Shown: positions 23,169 through 36,790 of the stretch, in pieces | How positions within the stretch are numbered: position 1 is the first letter of the stretch | Layout: the number at the start of each line of letters is the position of its first letter | Assembly (NCBI GenBank): GCA_051362555.1 | Contig: CM120641.1 | Coordinates: 24,744,401 to 24,808,400, forward strand | Length of the DNA stretch: 64,000 nt | Direction: 5' to 3' | DNA from: Lingula anatina | Lineage: Eukaryota; Animalia; Brachiopoda | Position numbers and translations under genes: made by a program | Notes under the pieces: model-generated | Database searches by the model: none | What the model was told of the DNA's origin: nothing | What the model saw: only the letters and a program-made list of their open reading frames with translations

Positions 23169-25854
23169 GTAAGATGTGGAGGCAGCTAACACAGCCAAGG
23201 TCATAGTTCTGCAGAGTTTGTGATGTCCAAGATATGTCGGTCATGTTCATGACTAAGAGCAGTTAAACTAACAGTTTGATGAAGACGGTAGGAAATGATG
23301 ATTGCTATTCCAGTATATTTTTACAGTCTGCATGGTCAGATCTCATTATGTGTGCTCTATGGAAGCTGTCTGTATGTTTGTACAAGGCACAGAAGCTGTT
23401 GTTCTACTGATGGGTGAAGTATAAGACACTTGATACATCTTTGTGGGGTGGGGAGTTGGTTCTCTGTTGTAGTGTTAACAGATATTGACGGTTCCATGCT
23501 TTAACTAGCTATGCTGTCTGACTGTAAGTACATTACTCATACTTACATACATGTGCTACTCTGTGATCACAAAAGCAAGTTTTGATTTACTCAAGTTGCT
23601 GTCTCAGAACGTTACAAATTAGCTCTCAGATGAAGCCATATTACTAGTAAATTTTAGCTAGTTCAGCTTAGTTCCCTGTCATAAATAGCAGCATGTTTGT
23701 GAGCTTAGAAGTCAGGCATCTTTTAGCACCCTCGATAGAAATTAATGCCATCAGGGATAAGTTAATGTTGCTTCTTTCAGGTCTTACGGTGGGTAATAAA
23801 CAACTGCATGCTTTATATTATGACTAGCACAGGTTTTCTTTGCCAAGGGATGTGAGGTTTACTTTAAGTACCAGACTTCATGAGTGCTGTACATAACAAT
23901 CATGCAGTTTGCGATCATTAGTGTATTTTGCTATAATCTACAGTGGCTTCTTCTTTTAATGTGGGTAATAAACAAGTTTTGCAGATGCATATTTTGTTAT
24001 AAACGTATTGTGACCATTATTCTTAATGTGAATTGTGTATGTGACCCAATGACTACAGTAACCACAGTGACCCATTGACCACTGATCTGATCCGTCACCA
24101 AGCTTAAGAATTAAATATTGCCAACTGCATGGTGAATTAACAAACTGAGGTCTAATGAAAGGAAACTGCTCACTACATCCCTAAAAACATATCCCATGCA
24201 TGCTACATTATGTGTTTGTTTGAAAATCATAGGTAAATGATTAGTTAAATGATGGTAACTATTGTAATGGCTTTATATTAAAAACATGGAGAGGAAGCAA
24301 CATGATCATAGCTACAATGTATCATAATGACAGATCTAGAGGTAGATCTTAGAAAATTTATATGAATTAACAATCTTTATCTGAAATTTACCCAAGTCTT
24401 TGGTTGATAGGCAAATTGTCCTGCTGCAGAAGGTGAATTTACTTTTTTTCAGTTTTGCATGGTCCAAGTTTAGAAAGAGATTGAGCCAGTTGAATGGGTA
24501 CAAACTTTTCGGATTCTCACCTAAGGCCAGGTAATAGCTACCAATTTACTACTATGATATCTTGTGTTATTTCATACCAGTACTTTGGGGCAATTCAGTC
24601 ATAAACCATTCTCATAAAAAACCTCTGCCTGATTAAGCCCTCAAATAAGCTGATTTTTTTCCTTTTTTAGAAATAGACAAGATGGCTATTATTTTATAAC
24701 ATATAAAGTTTGTGAAAAGTGGATGCTATCTGCCTTATTGATAACCTTCTACATTGGTGTTACTTTTTCAAGTAACCCAGCAAAAGTGATTTGCTTTGGT
24801 GTTCTTAGCTCTTAACTTTTGCAACATTGTGAGGAAAAGGGTTCAGTATAAACAAAGTTGTTTTGGGCGTGAGAAATGAAAAAAAACTTGACTGGTTTAT
24901 TCATAGGAAATAACGTGCGTGACATGAGCATGTACATGTCACTGCAATGAATGGGAAACGTTCTTGAAATAACTTAACAATACGTAAATAAATTGAGTGA
25001 CTGTTGTTGTCAATTAAAAAGTTCAACTTTGAAAGATTCAGACCAAGTGCGACTTATTAAGCAGAGAATTTTTGTGGTATTTGGGGTGCAGAAATGTTTT
25101 TGGTTGAAAAGGATTGCCCCCATATATGTGATGACCCATACCTTAGTAATGTGTAACAAATCTGGTCAAGCTGCGTCATACTTGCAGGGCATACCTGGAA
25201 ATGACCAATAATTATATTTTTACAGCTGATTTTAAGCATGATATTCTTGTTGTTGCTGGTCAAAGTAAGTGTGGTTGTGGCAAGCAAATGTCTTTTTGTG
25301 GTGAAAAGGTATCTCATTTTCTCTTGCTATTATTTTTTGATTGCTTTTGTATTATGGGGTCCAATGGTCAATGGAATAAAATGTCTTATGAGCAAAATAG
25401 ATTAATATCCTGATTAAATTTAAATTTCATATTTTTTGTATACATAATTTTATATATAAAAAAACTGACATTGAAATAACACTTTTCACAAATGCACCCT
25501 GTGAATTGAATTGTGTGCACAGTATATGACACATTCATGAAATGAAAATAATTGAAGTTGAAATAGAAACTTTCTAGCATTCTTTAAAAACAAATATAAA
25601 TGTACTAGTATGAGTTCAATACTGGTTCATTGTGTCTATGACATGTGTGTTAGGGAACATTATTAGTTTCTAGCCACCACCTTAAGTTGATCCAGCAAAT
25701 ACCAGAGCCTGTTATCATAGATAATCTCTGTTTATAATGACCACAATACAATGGCTATTATGTCACCTGGGGGCTGTGACGGTGAGTAGGGTGGACGGAG
25801 GAAAGGATGGGGTGATAGACCAGGACCTGTCACCAGGTGCATGTAGGTAAGTAT

Positions 25855-26022
25855 CAGGGGCCGATTTAGGCCGTCGTCTGGGTCTTCCAGAAGATGGTCA
25901 GATTTTTAAGTTTACTTTGTCAGGCATCTATTGTTTTCTGTTGGAAGACAGTCAAAAATGGAGGATGAATCAACAAAGATAATTTGGAAGACTGTTAGAA
26001 AATATCTCTGGATCTGTCCCTG
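25855..26022. mobile_element. Second copy of the hAT5-like MITE
   Basis: Aligns end to end with 17474-17643. TSD agtat at 25850-25854 and 26023-26027. Confidence 0.78.
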
Positions 26023-29000
26023 AGTATCATAATCTAAAAACAAATGTACTGTAGTATTCATCACACATAAATTATCTGACCTCCACATTAATTATCTGAT
26101 CTCCACAGCCAGAAATGCAATATATGCAACATTATTTCATATGCTTGTTGTTGTTGATATTAACTCTTGCTTGTGACATAAGTATCAGGTAGTGCAGGAC
26201 CTTGTTTCACCAAGGAACATAGCTCAGAGGTGTGGCTGAACTTCAGACTGGACATTTTGGTCTATTAATTTTGACCTTGCAGAAGGTTGTAGTAGCCTAT
26301 TAAATGAGGACAATGGACCCGTTTCACAAAAACAAATTATAATTATTAATACAGGTACCAGTAGTCATTTTATGTCTCTTGTGTTAGTGGATTATTACTG
26401 AATTATCCCAAGTCAAAGGAGACTTAAGTTTAGAGTCTTTCAATTTGAATTATTTTGTGGAACAAACAAGAAACTGCTTTTTTAAATAAATAAGTTTGTG
26501 CACTTCTGATTTCTTGCATAAATGTAGAATGAATTGTTGGAAGGCTGTCATAAAAAGTTAATAATTGTCACTTCTTGTGTGTGGATGATGCTGGGGACAT
26601 GTAAGCAGGATGGGTTATTTTTGTGAAAAAGTGGGACTGCTTTACCCCAATAGACATACATGTAGTTGACCCAATTGTTTAAGAAATGACATCAAACTGA
26701 ATTTTGATCTATTAAGTGAATTTTTTTTTTCAGTCAAAAGAGTGGTTCTTTCAACACCCATCAAATCTCACCTGCCTACAGGCCTGCAGTGTTAATTGGA
26801 TGGTGTGTCAGTGCATTGTAATCTGCTAGCGTTGATAATGCATTGACATTGATAATGTAGCCCCATAAACTACTCATTACATAGATAAGTAATCTCCAGA
26901 CTGTTTGCTCTTCAGTCCACAAAATTTAACACCAATTTCTATAATATTATGTATTTACATATAGCCTTATTTCAGTTGTTAATTTGTCGGTTGTCATGGT
27001 ACAGTGGTGTTCTAATTCGCATTTCTTTTTTTTTTTTATGTAAAATGAGTGCCCCCAAAAGAATTCCCTTCAGGCAGTGATTTCGAAAGCATTTGAACAG
27101 TGTTACTTAATGAATCAGGTGAATTTTCAACATTTTGCAGGTGCCTTCCAACAGATTCCACTTGTCTTCTCGAGCTCTGTTGTTTTCCCACCTTGTATTC
27201 CTCTTCTCTCTTGGTGCAAGTGGAAAGAAAAACAGGGAATTATTTTTGCATATGCTGTTGTCTGTTTTGATAAGTCATGGGACCTCCCGGCATTTCCATG
27301 TGTCATATACATGGTTGCACAGTTTATACAATTCCCCTTGAAAATAGCAACAAGAGCTCTCCTCAAGAGCAGGCATTGCCCTATGACATTTACAGCTCAG
27401 ATGGTTACTTGCATTTTGGCAAAGAACACGGCAGGTATTCTTGATATATGATAGTTCTCTCTCTCTCTCTCACACAGTCAGCCCTGGGTCTGTTTTCTTG
27501 TAACCTCTATTCTCATTGCTTTTTATTCACTTTTATCTTAAAAGAGGACATTATTCTTGATGAGATTCCGTACCAATGGAACTTCAGTTTAAGAGGAAGT
27601 ATAGAACATTTTGAAGGTATTTTGATGTTGCGTACAGTTGCATGTGAGATATTATTGTTCTATAGCCAATTTTAGTATGTTAGTACTATTAATACTGCCT
27701 TCTTCAAGCTATAAAATAGTACAGGTATAATACTAATATTGGTTGTCGTAAAACAGGGACAACAAATTTTCACAGCATAACAGCTCCCTGTATTGTACCC
27801 CTCACCTTGGGATTATTTTGAAAGATGAAGCTTAGTTTTTCTTTAGTCTGTGGCATGATCAAGTAGCCAGGGTGAAGATAGGGCAAGGCATCTCAAATTC
27901 TTAATAGAAGCAGGTACCACTTCTACTGCTCACATAGAAACTGGTAGTATTTATACTTCATGTTGGTAGAAACAAGAACCACTTCTACAGCAACCCTATA
28001 ACACTTAGGCACAGGTAATTTATACACTATAGTATATGGCACTCTGTAGTCAGTATAGTATAGTATACAGGCCTTGCCACTTTGGAAACTCCATGCATTT
28101 TGAGAATTATACTTTTGGTATCCCTGTAAATAGTGAACTCATCAGAAAATAGTCACGGGGCTATTATCAGTTTGGTACAGCAAAGACTTATGAAAATATG
28201 GTGAACACAGCTTGGCATTCCACTTCATTGATCTCCCTGTTTCAATATTTGTAAATTTATTGGGGAGGTGGTCAAGCTTCCCCTTTCAGCTCCCCCTTAA
28301 TGCAGTTCCCCTCACATGTGTAATCAGTTAATGCCTGTGAGAGGAGTTGGATACTTAATTGTTCACCATCATTTCAGGTGAAATTTTTCTGATTACCTCA
28401 GTCAAATTGAAGGTGTGCAGCATTGGATGAGGTATATGGGATATTTTCCAGAAGGAGCTCCCAACTAAATGAATTACTCTACAAAGAAGACACACAAGTG
28501 CATGTCCGAGAAACGGAACTGGAGATTAAAGGAGGCAAAGTGCATTGAAGTAATTAGCCTGTGTTTGAAGTCTTATTGTTTGGATGTGTGTGAGAACTTT
28601 GCTACTGGGTAAAAGAAAGGAGCTCTGGGCCCCTGATTAATTTCTTGTACTCCCAGGTAACTTACTGTTGTGAATTATGCACACTCAGGTAAGGTAAAAC
28701 TGAAGACCAAGGGTAATAAATTAGCTTAGAAATGCATTATAGTGAGGTGAGTAAGGGAAAACATACATGTTATTACTTAATATGATATATGGGTTCAAAT
28801 TTGTAGCCTAAATCTGGGAATTTGTTCAATGTGCAGATTTGCCAGCTGTATGTGTTGGTAGTTAAAGTACTGAAAACAGAAATTATGATTTGATGAAGAT
28901 CTAAGTGGAAAGAGAGGAGGATTGAGATATAACTTTCTTTTACCGGAATTTTTCCCTGAAAGGGCATTTTTAGTTGGTGTGCTTTTCTGTGTACAAATTT

Positions 29001-32000
29001 GCGGTAGGTACTTCTGTCATATATGTACTTATATTTATAAACATGAGCATGTTTTCTTATACTGACTTGTGACTTTATATGCATTCTTAATTAATTTTAC
29101 TAATCTAAATGCCCATGGAAACAGTTGTTTGCAGAATGAATGGTTTCAATTCTTTTGTTACTTCTAACTCCTATCACAACTAAGTTGGATTTTTTTTTTT
29201 TTTTTGGCATTATTTAGTTATCATTTTCAGGTAACATGGTTGCTGTATTACTGTTTTATTGTACTATTAATGTATTTTTGCCCCTTCAAAATAAAACCAA
29301 CTAATTTGAAACAAAGTTATGATTAAATTTCACAAATTTTGACTTGCCAAGGGAATTTTGTAAAAAAAAAAATGAGACATTGCCCTTGGTGGCCTTTTCT
29401 CTTCATGGGCCCCATTCCCAGGTGCTGTTCAATTGCTAACTTAATAATGCAATAATATCCACTGTATTTATCAATGATTGATTTATGTAATAGACTCCCT
29501 GTGGCCATAGGATATTGAATATTGATTATTGACTACAATGCCATACTGACTGCCCATACACAACACTTATTAATTATTTTCATATATTTCTATGGAAAGT
29601 CAATACCTGGAAGATTATCCTCAGTTTGCCATAATATAACAATTGTTCACCTATTAATGCAAGATGTAGGTGTGATCATAGATAATATAGGTCTTGTTTT
29701 CTATGGGAGAGCTTTTCACATATCAATTAATTTCTTAATTTGTGTGGGTAAGCTGGTTTATGAATATCAGAACGAATTTTGACTTTTCATTTAATGTGTG
29801 GGCTTGCCACTTTTGAAAGCTGTAATATAGTTTGTCTTCATTTATCTGTTCAGACTTTTGGCTTTTGACTTCTCCCTGTTCAGATTGTATCTCTAGTTAG
29901 AAACTGGGAGGTTGGAAATATAAGACAGGTGATCTTTAACCAGTAATTAAACTCTCAGCTGTGGTAATTCACTCAGATATTCTCTGCAAGTAGATAACCA
30001 AACCCAAATAGCAGTCCGTTTATGGTTCAGTGCTTTGTAAAAGGATGAATGGATACATGTATTGGTACTGAAGATAGGCCAGTTAGGAGTGATATTAGGG
30101 ATGCTTCTACCCCCACCACCACCACCCTGTGTGTTCCTGTGCAGGATTGCCTTTTTTTCTGTTGGATGAGAGAGAAATCACATTTTGAGAGCAATATTGG
30201 TATTTATGGTGGTTTCTCCAAAGAACGTAAGTAGAAAATAAGTTTTGACTTTGCGATTGAAATTTTAGTCTTATTTGATCCAAGGTAAATCAGTAGTAAT
30301 TAAGATTATAAAATTAGTTGTTTTACAAGAAAGGATATTCTTTTTAGACTGACAGGTATATATACTTTATAATTAAGAACTGTTGCAGGTTAATCCTGCG
30401 TCGATTTATAAGGTGACCATATTTTCAGTCATGGCCAGAAATGTGCAGCATTTACGCGATACGCGAGGGCGCAACAGTAGGGTTTCACGTGACTCAACTA
30501 ACCAATCACAGCACAAGAATGGCATCGCACACAGACTCTGTGATAAGTGCTCAGCCCATTGTCAAGTAATGTTAGTTCATGGTAACAAGCGTCTGATATG
30601 TGCAGAGAAGTTTATTATTATAATATATATTGTTCTTATTGTTACATTATTAAATCTAACTCTGTATCCAAGTAGTAACTATAATGTACCAAGTCAGGTA
30701 CTGATGATGTACAGAGGTCATATATTCCAGAATAAGCCATTACCACTGATTTATAACTTTCATTTTTGTTTAATATGTTATTCATGAAAGAGTTCATGAA
30801 AGATTATTTTAATTTGTTAAATCGTGATCTTATTCTTTTTATATTCAAATAATTGAATACTGTGGGTAAAATTGGTCTTCCACTTCTTATTTGCATTTTT
30901 CCTTTACTACAAGATTATTTTGGAACAGTTGCAGCATTAAAAATTTAAATAAATAGCAATCTGAAAGAAGAATTTTGCATAATTATTAAATGATGATAGG
31001 AATTTTGGATTAAGAGATTAGTTAAATACTGAGTAGTGATATGGTCAGTCAATTTTTGTAGAATCTGATAATATGGTTGAAAATACTGATTGAATTCTTG
31101 GCCTTGCACTGGGCAGTTTTACATTTGTGCCAAGTGCTCTTTTTGGACTCCATTGTACAGTGGTAAAAAATCTTCAATTGCCATGAAATTTTTTAATCAG
31201 ACTCTGTATGTTACTGCTATCATCTGGTGCTATCGGCAACGAATTAATTTCCATTTGTTTCTGTGTGAATCTACCGTCTAAAATCACTATTACTGAAAAT
31301 ATTTGCGTTTTGCTGAGGGTAGTCTAGGGAATATACGGCAAGCTTCTTAGTACGTGTGTACAACAGAATTTTTTTAAAAACCCTAGCGATATTTGGTCAG
31401 GAGTTGCTTGAAGCATAGCACAGCGTTGCTGTCTATCGGCATCAGGCCGTTAGTTTGTCAATTCTCACGAATTACCCACGAATCGCGAACCCATTCATTT
31501 TCCTATGGCAATCTAGCAACTCATTAAAAATGCACGCATGCGCAGTGGGCTATGCGTGACGTCATGCAGTGCATTTCTGGGGATGGTTTCAGTTAAGGCT
31601 TTTGTAAGAGTGGTCTGTGATGACCATGAGGTGAAATGAGTGCATACAAGGCACTGTGCTGTGTTGTATGGCCTTTTGTAAGAAGCTGTGGCAGGGAGCC
31701 ATTAAGTTAGCATTTAGAATGCAATCTTTATTAAGTGACTTAATGTGGATATCTGCCTCTTTAGCCCATCTTCATACAACATGAAGGTTTTGTAAAAAAT
31801 AAAACATTGTAGCCTTTTCAAAATGCATTTTAAAATATTCTACTGGCTTGAAAAATAATTAAAAATAAAAAATATATATATATTTAGATAAAAAAAAACT
31901 ACATGTTGAATTGTTTCAAGATGAAATTAAGATAATGCTAATTGAATCATCTTAATGAGACAATTAGTTATTTTAGAATTCCTTTCATTCCACGGACTAA

Positions 32001-35000
32001 CGGTCCTGTTTGTGAAATGATGTCATTTATGATTCCTACCTTCATGAACAGTCTTCATTCATTATGTCATATGAATGACAGAAAATTATTTTCTGCATTT
32101 CAAGTTCTTTGTAGTATTGGACAAAATATTTCACATTATTATTAAGACTTTATGCCTTAGGCTTTGGCACATTGAAGTGTGACATGTTTTAAAATAAGTC
32201 TGCTTTTAATTGTAGAAATTGATGAGTGCATGCTGGGGTTTGTGTACAGTTGGTTGGTGCAAGGAGTTATAACAGTTATAACTCCTTGGTTGGTGTATTT
32301 ATACCCTAGTACATAGAAACAACGTCAGGTAGACAGTGATATTAGAAGTATCTTGTGTGTTAAGAGATGAAAGAGTAATTTTTCTTCATTGTGTAGATCC
32401 ATGAGTGAGATAATGCATACCCTGAAGTCTTGAAGGATGTGATGTCCCAGTGGAGGCCTTTCTTGTGGCACTTTGACATATATACTGTAACAACTAGCTG
32501 TCATTGTCCTAACTGCACCACCTTGAAATGTGTTCCATGTATTCCATTGTCCTTGTCCCTGTCAACCTAGAAAAGTTTTTCTAGACATCTAGGGAGCGTT
32601 TCACTAAAGAAATTTGTTGAAAATTTTAATTTGGATGTAACTTTATAATCTAATGTATTCCATTTTGAATCACTGGTCATGTCTTTCACTTCAAGCAAAA
32701 TATTTGGCTATAACTTTAAATTTTTTAAATTATGTTTGATATTACAGCTACTTTATATGGATGCAATTCTACAGTATCTTCTTGGATTAAAGTAGCCTCA
32801 CAGTTTAAACCAATTGTTGAAATTAATTTTTTGTGCAGAGCAGGTGCCCTGGAGACTTACCTGGGAAGATGGCATCCTAGGCCCCTGATTAGCTAATAGG
32901 CATGTCACCATCATTAATTAAAAGGGCTGACAGCAAGGCACCAGATCTGTGTGAATTATGGAGGTAAAGAAGGATGTACTATTGTGTGCAAATATATACT
33001 CAATTAAATATATAACCCGTTTCCATCCTAAGATGTGGTACGTTTTATGTATAGCATAAATTTGTTTGACTTGCCTTAATTGGTAGTTGATGTACCAGTG
33101 GTTTTAAGCCATGTACTAGTACAGTGTATATACATGAGGTCCATCATTGGCTTACTGTACTAAAAGAACTATTGGTTCAAGTGAAAAACTCATTTAGGGA
33201 ACTGGGCCAGACGGGGTTAGCATAGATGGTCATATTGTGCCCATGGTTATAAAAAGTGTCTGTCCATTTTTCTTTCTTCATTAGTTTGGAAAGAATAAAG
33301 TGCGTTAAAATTTGGATGACTAAAAAATGATATTCATCCTAAGTTACATTGTAAACGAATAGCTCTCTCGGCAGTATGTTAGATTTTCCTTAGAAAAAAA
33401 TCAAAGTTGCAAACAGACTCGTAAAATAATTCTCTGTTTTGATAAATGCCTCCCTTCCTGTTGCCTGAGATGCTAGTTCAGCAGGTATGTTTGCTAAAAT
33501 TGGAAGCAATTCTAGTTGAGATAACACATCAGACTCTCTCATCTCTTGGCCTGTGCTTATTCCCAGACAAATCAAAATAATTCTGAGATTAGCTAACAGA
33601 CATGACTTGATCAGTTCCAGAAATGATGCCCAAAATAGAAAATTACAAAAAATGCAAACCATAAACATTTTATCAAGATAAGAAGCCACGTCTGAAGAAA
33701 AAAAAAAGAAAAGCCTTTCTTTAATGTTTTCTACTCCCATGGCAACTTATTACTTTCTCTATTCAGGTTCTTTTTTATGGTTTACAGCCTGTGCAAAATT
33801 GAGAAAAACAAAACTTAATTGCCTCTTAAAAGTAAATTTTTTTTTTTTTAGGGGGGGGAGGTCAAAAGTTTGTTGGTCTGTTTGTAGAGTTGTTTCAAAT
33901 TAGTGAACTGTCAAAGAAGAAACTGAAAAAAGACAGAAAGAAACAGTCATAAATGATATATTTTAAAAGCCTACAAGTAATATCAGAAAAAAAAGTACTA
34001 GTAACTGAACTAAATATGGTCTTTGGAACCTAAGTATCTTAGAGCCCATTTAGAACCACAGACTTACAGACCCACAGATCAAATATGGCAGCCCACTTAA
34101 AACCTTGCCACTTAATTCCCGGTTTGATATTGAATAGATTTCCCGCAGGATTATGCAGCAAGCACTCAAGTGGATCAGTCATATTTGTTGAATGCACTCT
34201 TAATTGTATAAATATTTTTTTTTACTCATCACTGCAAATTGATATGTTCAATTTATGAATTATTATACAAATGATCTGCAGCTGTTGATGTGATATTTTG
34301 TTGTATATGTCATGTACTTGGTACTCTTCCAGCTCTTCATCATTTCAGACATGTCAATTTTATGCCCCTTTTAATGAGCTACTCAGTTTCCTGTCAAAAC
34401 TTAGATAGGATTAATTGGCTTGGCATTGGCTTTGACACTATGTACGCCTTATCTGATCCAGTACATACAAAGAGTTTACAATGATCAGAATGTGGCCAAC
34501 TTGTGCATGTGTACAGTACCTGGTGCCTATTGCACGAGTCCAATTAAAGCACTATTACTAGTAACCATGTCCCAATCTTTGTTCTTTAAAAATATCGACC
34601 AAAAAAACACTTTTTCAATTAGTTCCTATGATTCCTTAACACAAACTAGTTTGATCTTGGATCAGACAAGGTAAGGTCATACGAGTAAGTGTAAATGCCC
34701 CTTTGATATCCCCATTTTCAGGAGTCGTTGGTTTTGGTGAATGCTGCCCCCTTCATTAAAATATTTGGTGGAGTTTAGAACAATAGACATGTGGTTATAA
34801 TGATCTGATTGTCTGACCAACAACATATCTATGGGGATACCTGCATACATTAACTCTAATTTTACTGAAGAGGAAAATCTGATTAGGTTGTAAACAAACA
34901 TAAATTCATAATGATCTGTTTTATTTGACTTTTATTGGATGGTACACTCATATATATTGTCATTTTATTTATTTATTTATTTATTTATTTCATTGAACGT

Positions 35001-36302
35001 AAAATGTCTATTACAATTATATTTTATAGTGTTCTAGTGATCTTCAATATTCTTTTAGTATTTCTTCCTTAATGTTCAGAAATGAAGAAAGAAATTAATG
35101 TAACATTATATTGACATTGTGGTGAGAAAAGTTTCAGTGTGAAAAAATTTAGGCAATTATAATGATTCTTTTAATCTACTATAGTACTAATACTTTACAT
35201 TTGGTTGTTATTCTGAGAGAAGTAGATCAGCATTTATTTGTTTGACATCAGGTTGCCTTCCCAGCTTGATGATTTGTTAATGGTAGCTGCAACTTGAAAA
35301 AGAAAGGACTTAGCTGTTTTCTTTTTTTGAGAATTTGATTTGAATTTCAAAATTGTTTTTAGTCCCCTTTTGTTCTGCACTATAACATAGAGTGGTAGCA
35401 GTAATAAAACCATATTTTAAATTTAAAAAAACACCCATTAAAGTAAGGTGAAATTATACCAAGAGTACTGCCCACTGAAGACAAAAGCACAATCATTTAA
35501 CATTCTTAAGAAGATTATTTTCCAGATAATTTGATAAAAACAGCATAACTTTTTGGACTTTTAAATAGCCAGCTGAAAAAAACGTTAGTTATTAGATTTG
35601 GTACACTGTTTTGAATTTCCACAAATAATTATTTTCTCGACTGAAAATGGTTTTCATGTAGGTCCAATGTTACAGCTGCACAAATTACTGTCTATTACAG
35701 GTCAAACCAATTTGGCTGGAAAAAAAGCACTATTTGTAGACATTTAGTCTTCCTGGCAGTGAGTTTTATGGTCTAGTTGGTTTCCCCTCCACACAAACAT
35801 TGCTCTGACTGTTGAATTGCTACATGTCTGTGGAACATCTCTTAAAGTTCAGCATTTACGTCATGTGTTCATCTGCTAGATGGCCGACACCTCTGTTTTC
35901 ATTAGCGGGATAAATGAGGTAGAAGTGTAGCAGGCGGCCCCAGCTCATCACATGGTAGCTGAATTCAGAAGTATCATGAAAAATCTGGTCAACATTTCTG
36001 TATTTCTATCATGGATACACTTTTGCCAAATTTTCTTTTATTAAGTTGTACCCTGTTAACTTTCATTTAGTGGAAAACTGACACTTATACTGTGAGATAC
36101 AATTACGGAGATTTCCATGTGTTTAATTTAACAATTAGGCTTGTGGTATTAACCTGTATTTCTTATCTACTTTCTAGAATTATCCAATCAATGATTACTC
36201 TGCTTACCCCTAAGCATCATTCCCTGTTTAATGCCTTGGAAACCCTTATCTTCTCTCTCTTTCCCTTTTTCTTCAGCATTTGTGATTACATAAGAAATTA
36301 TA

Positions 36303-36497
36303 TGTATTTTTATGTTTCTGTGCATATTGCTTTCACCTGTGTCTGTCGTCGTCAGCGTGCACTTTCATTGTTATATAAATAATATAAAAACGGTTTTACC
36401 TTTTGTCTTAAAACTTATAGAACTGATGACTATTCATAAAATACAGGTCAAGTTCAAAAATCAGCCTGATCGGACCATTTTTTACAAAAATTATGCT

Positions 36498-36550
<53 letters not shown>

Positions 36551-36790
36551 TTAGCATACATGTATTTTATGCATCGTTATACAAATAAAATGAAAACTGT
36601 TTTACCTTTTGTCTTCAAACTTACAGGGCTGATGAATATTGATGAAATACAAGTCAAGTTCGACAATCAGCCTGATCAGACCATTTTTGCCAAAGTTCTG
36701 CTGTTTTTTGCTCTTTCAGCATATTTTAACCAACGTAATGCAAATAACATGCAAACCATTTTACCTTTTGTCTTCAAACTTTTTGGATGA
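36303..36790 (+). mobile_element. Degenerate partial HINE-like element with a ~52-nt poly(T) expansion
   Basis: cacctgtgtctgtcgtcgtc head and two caggtcaagttc core repeats. T-run at ~36498-36549. Confidence 0.65.
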
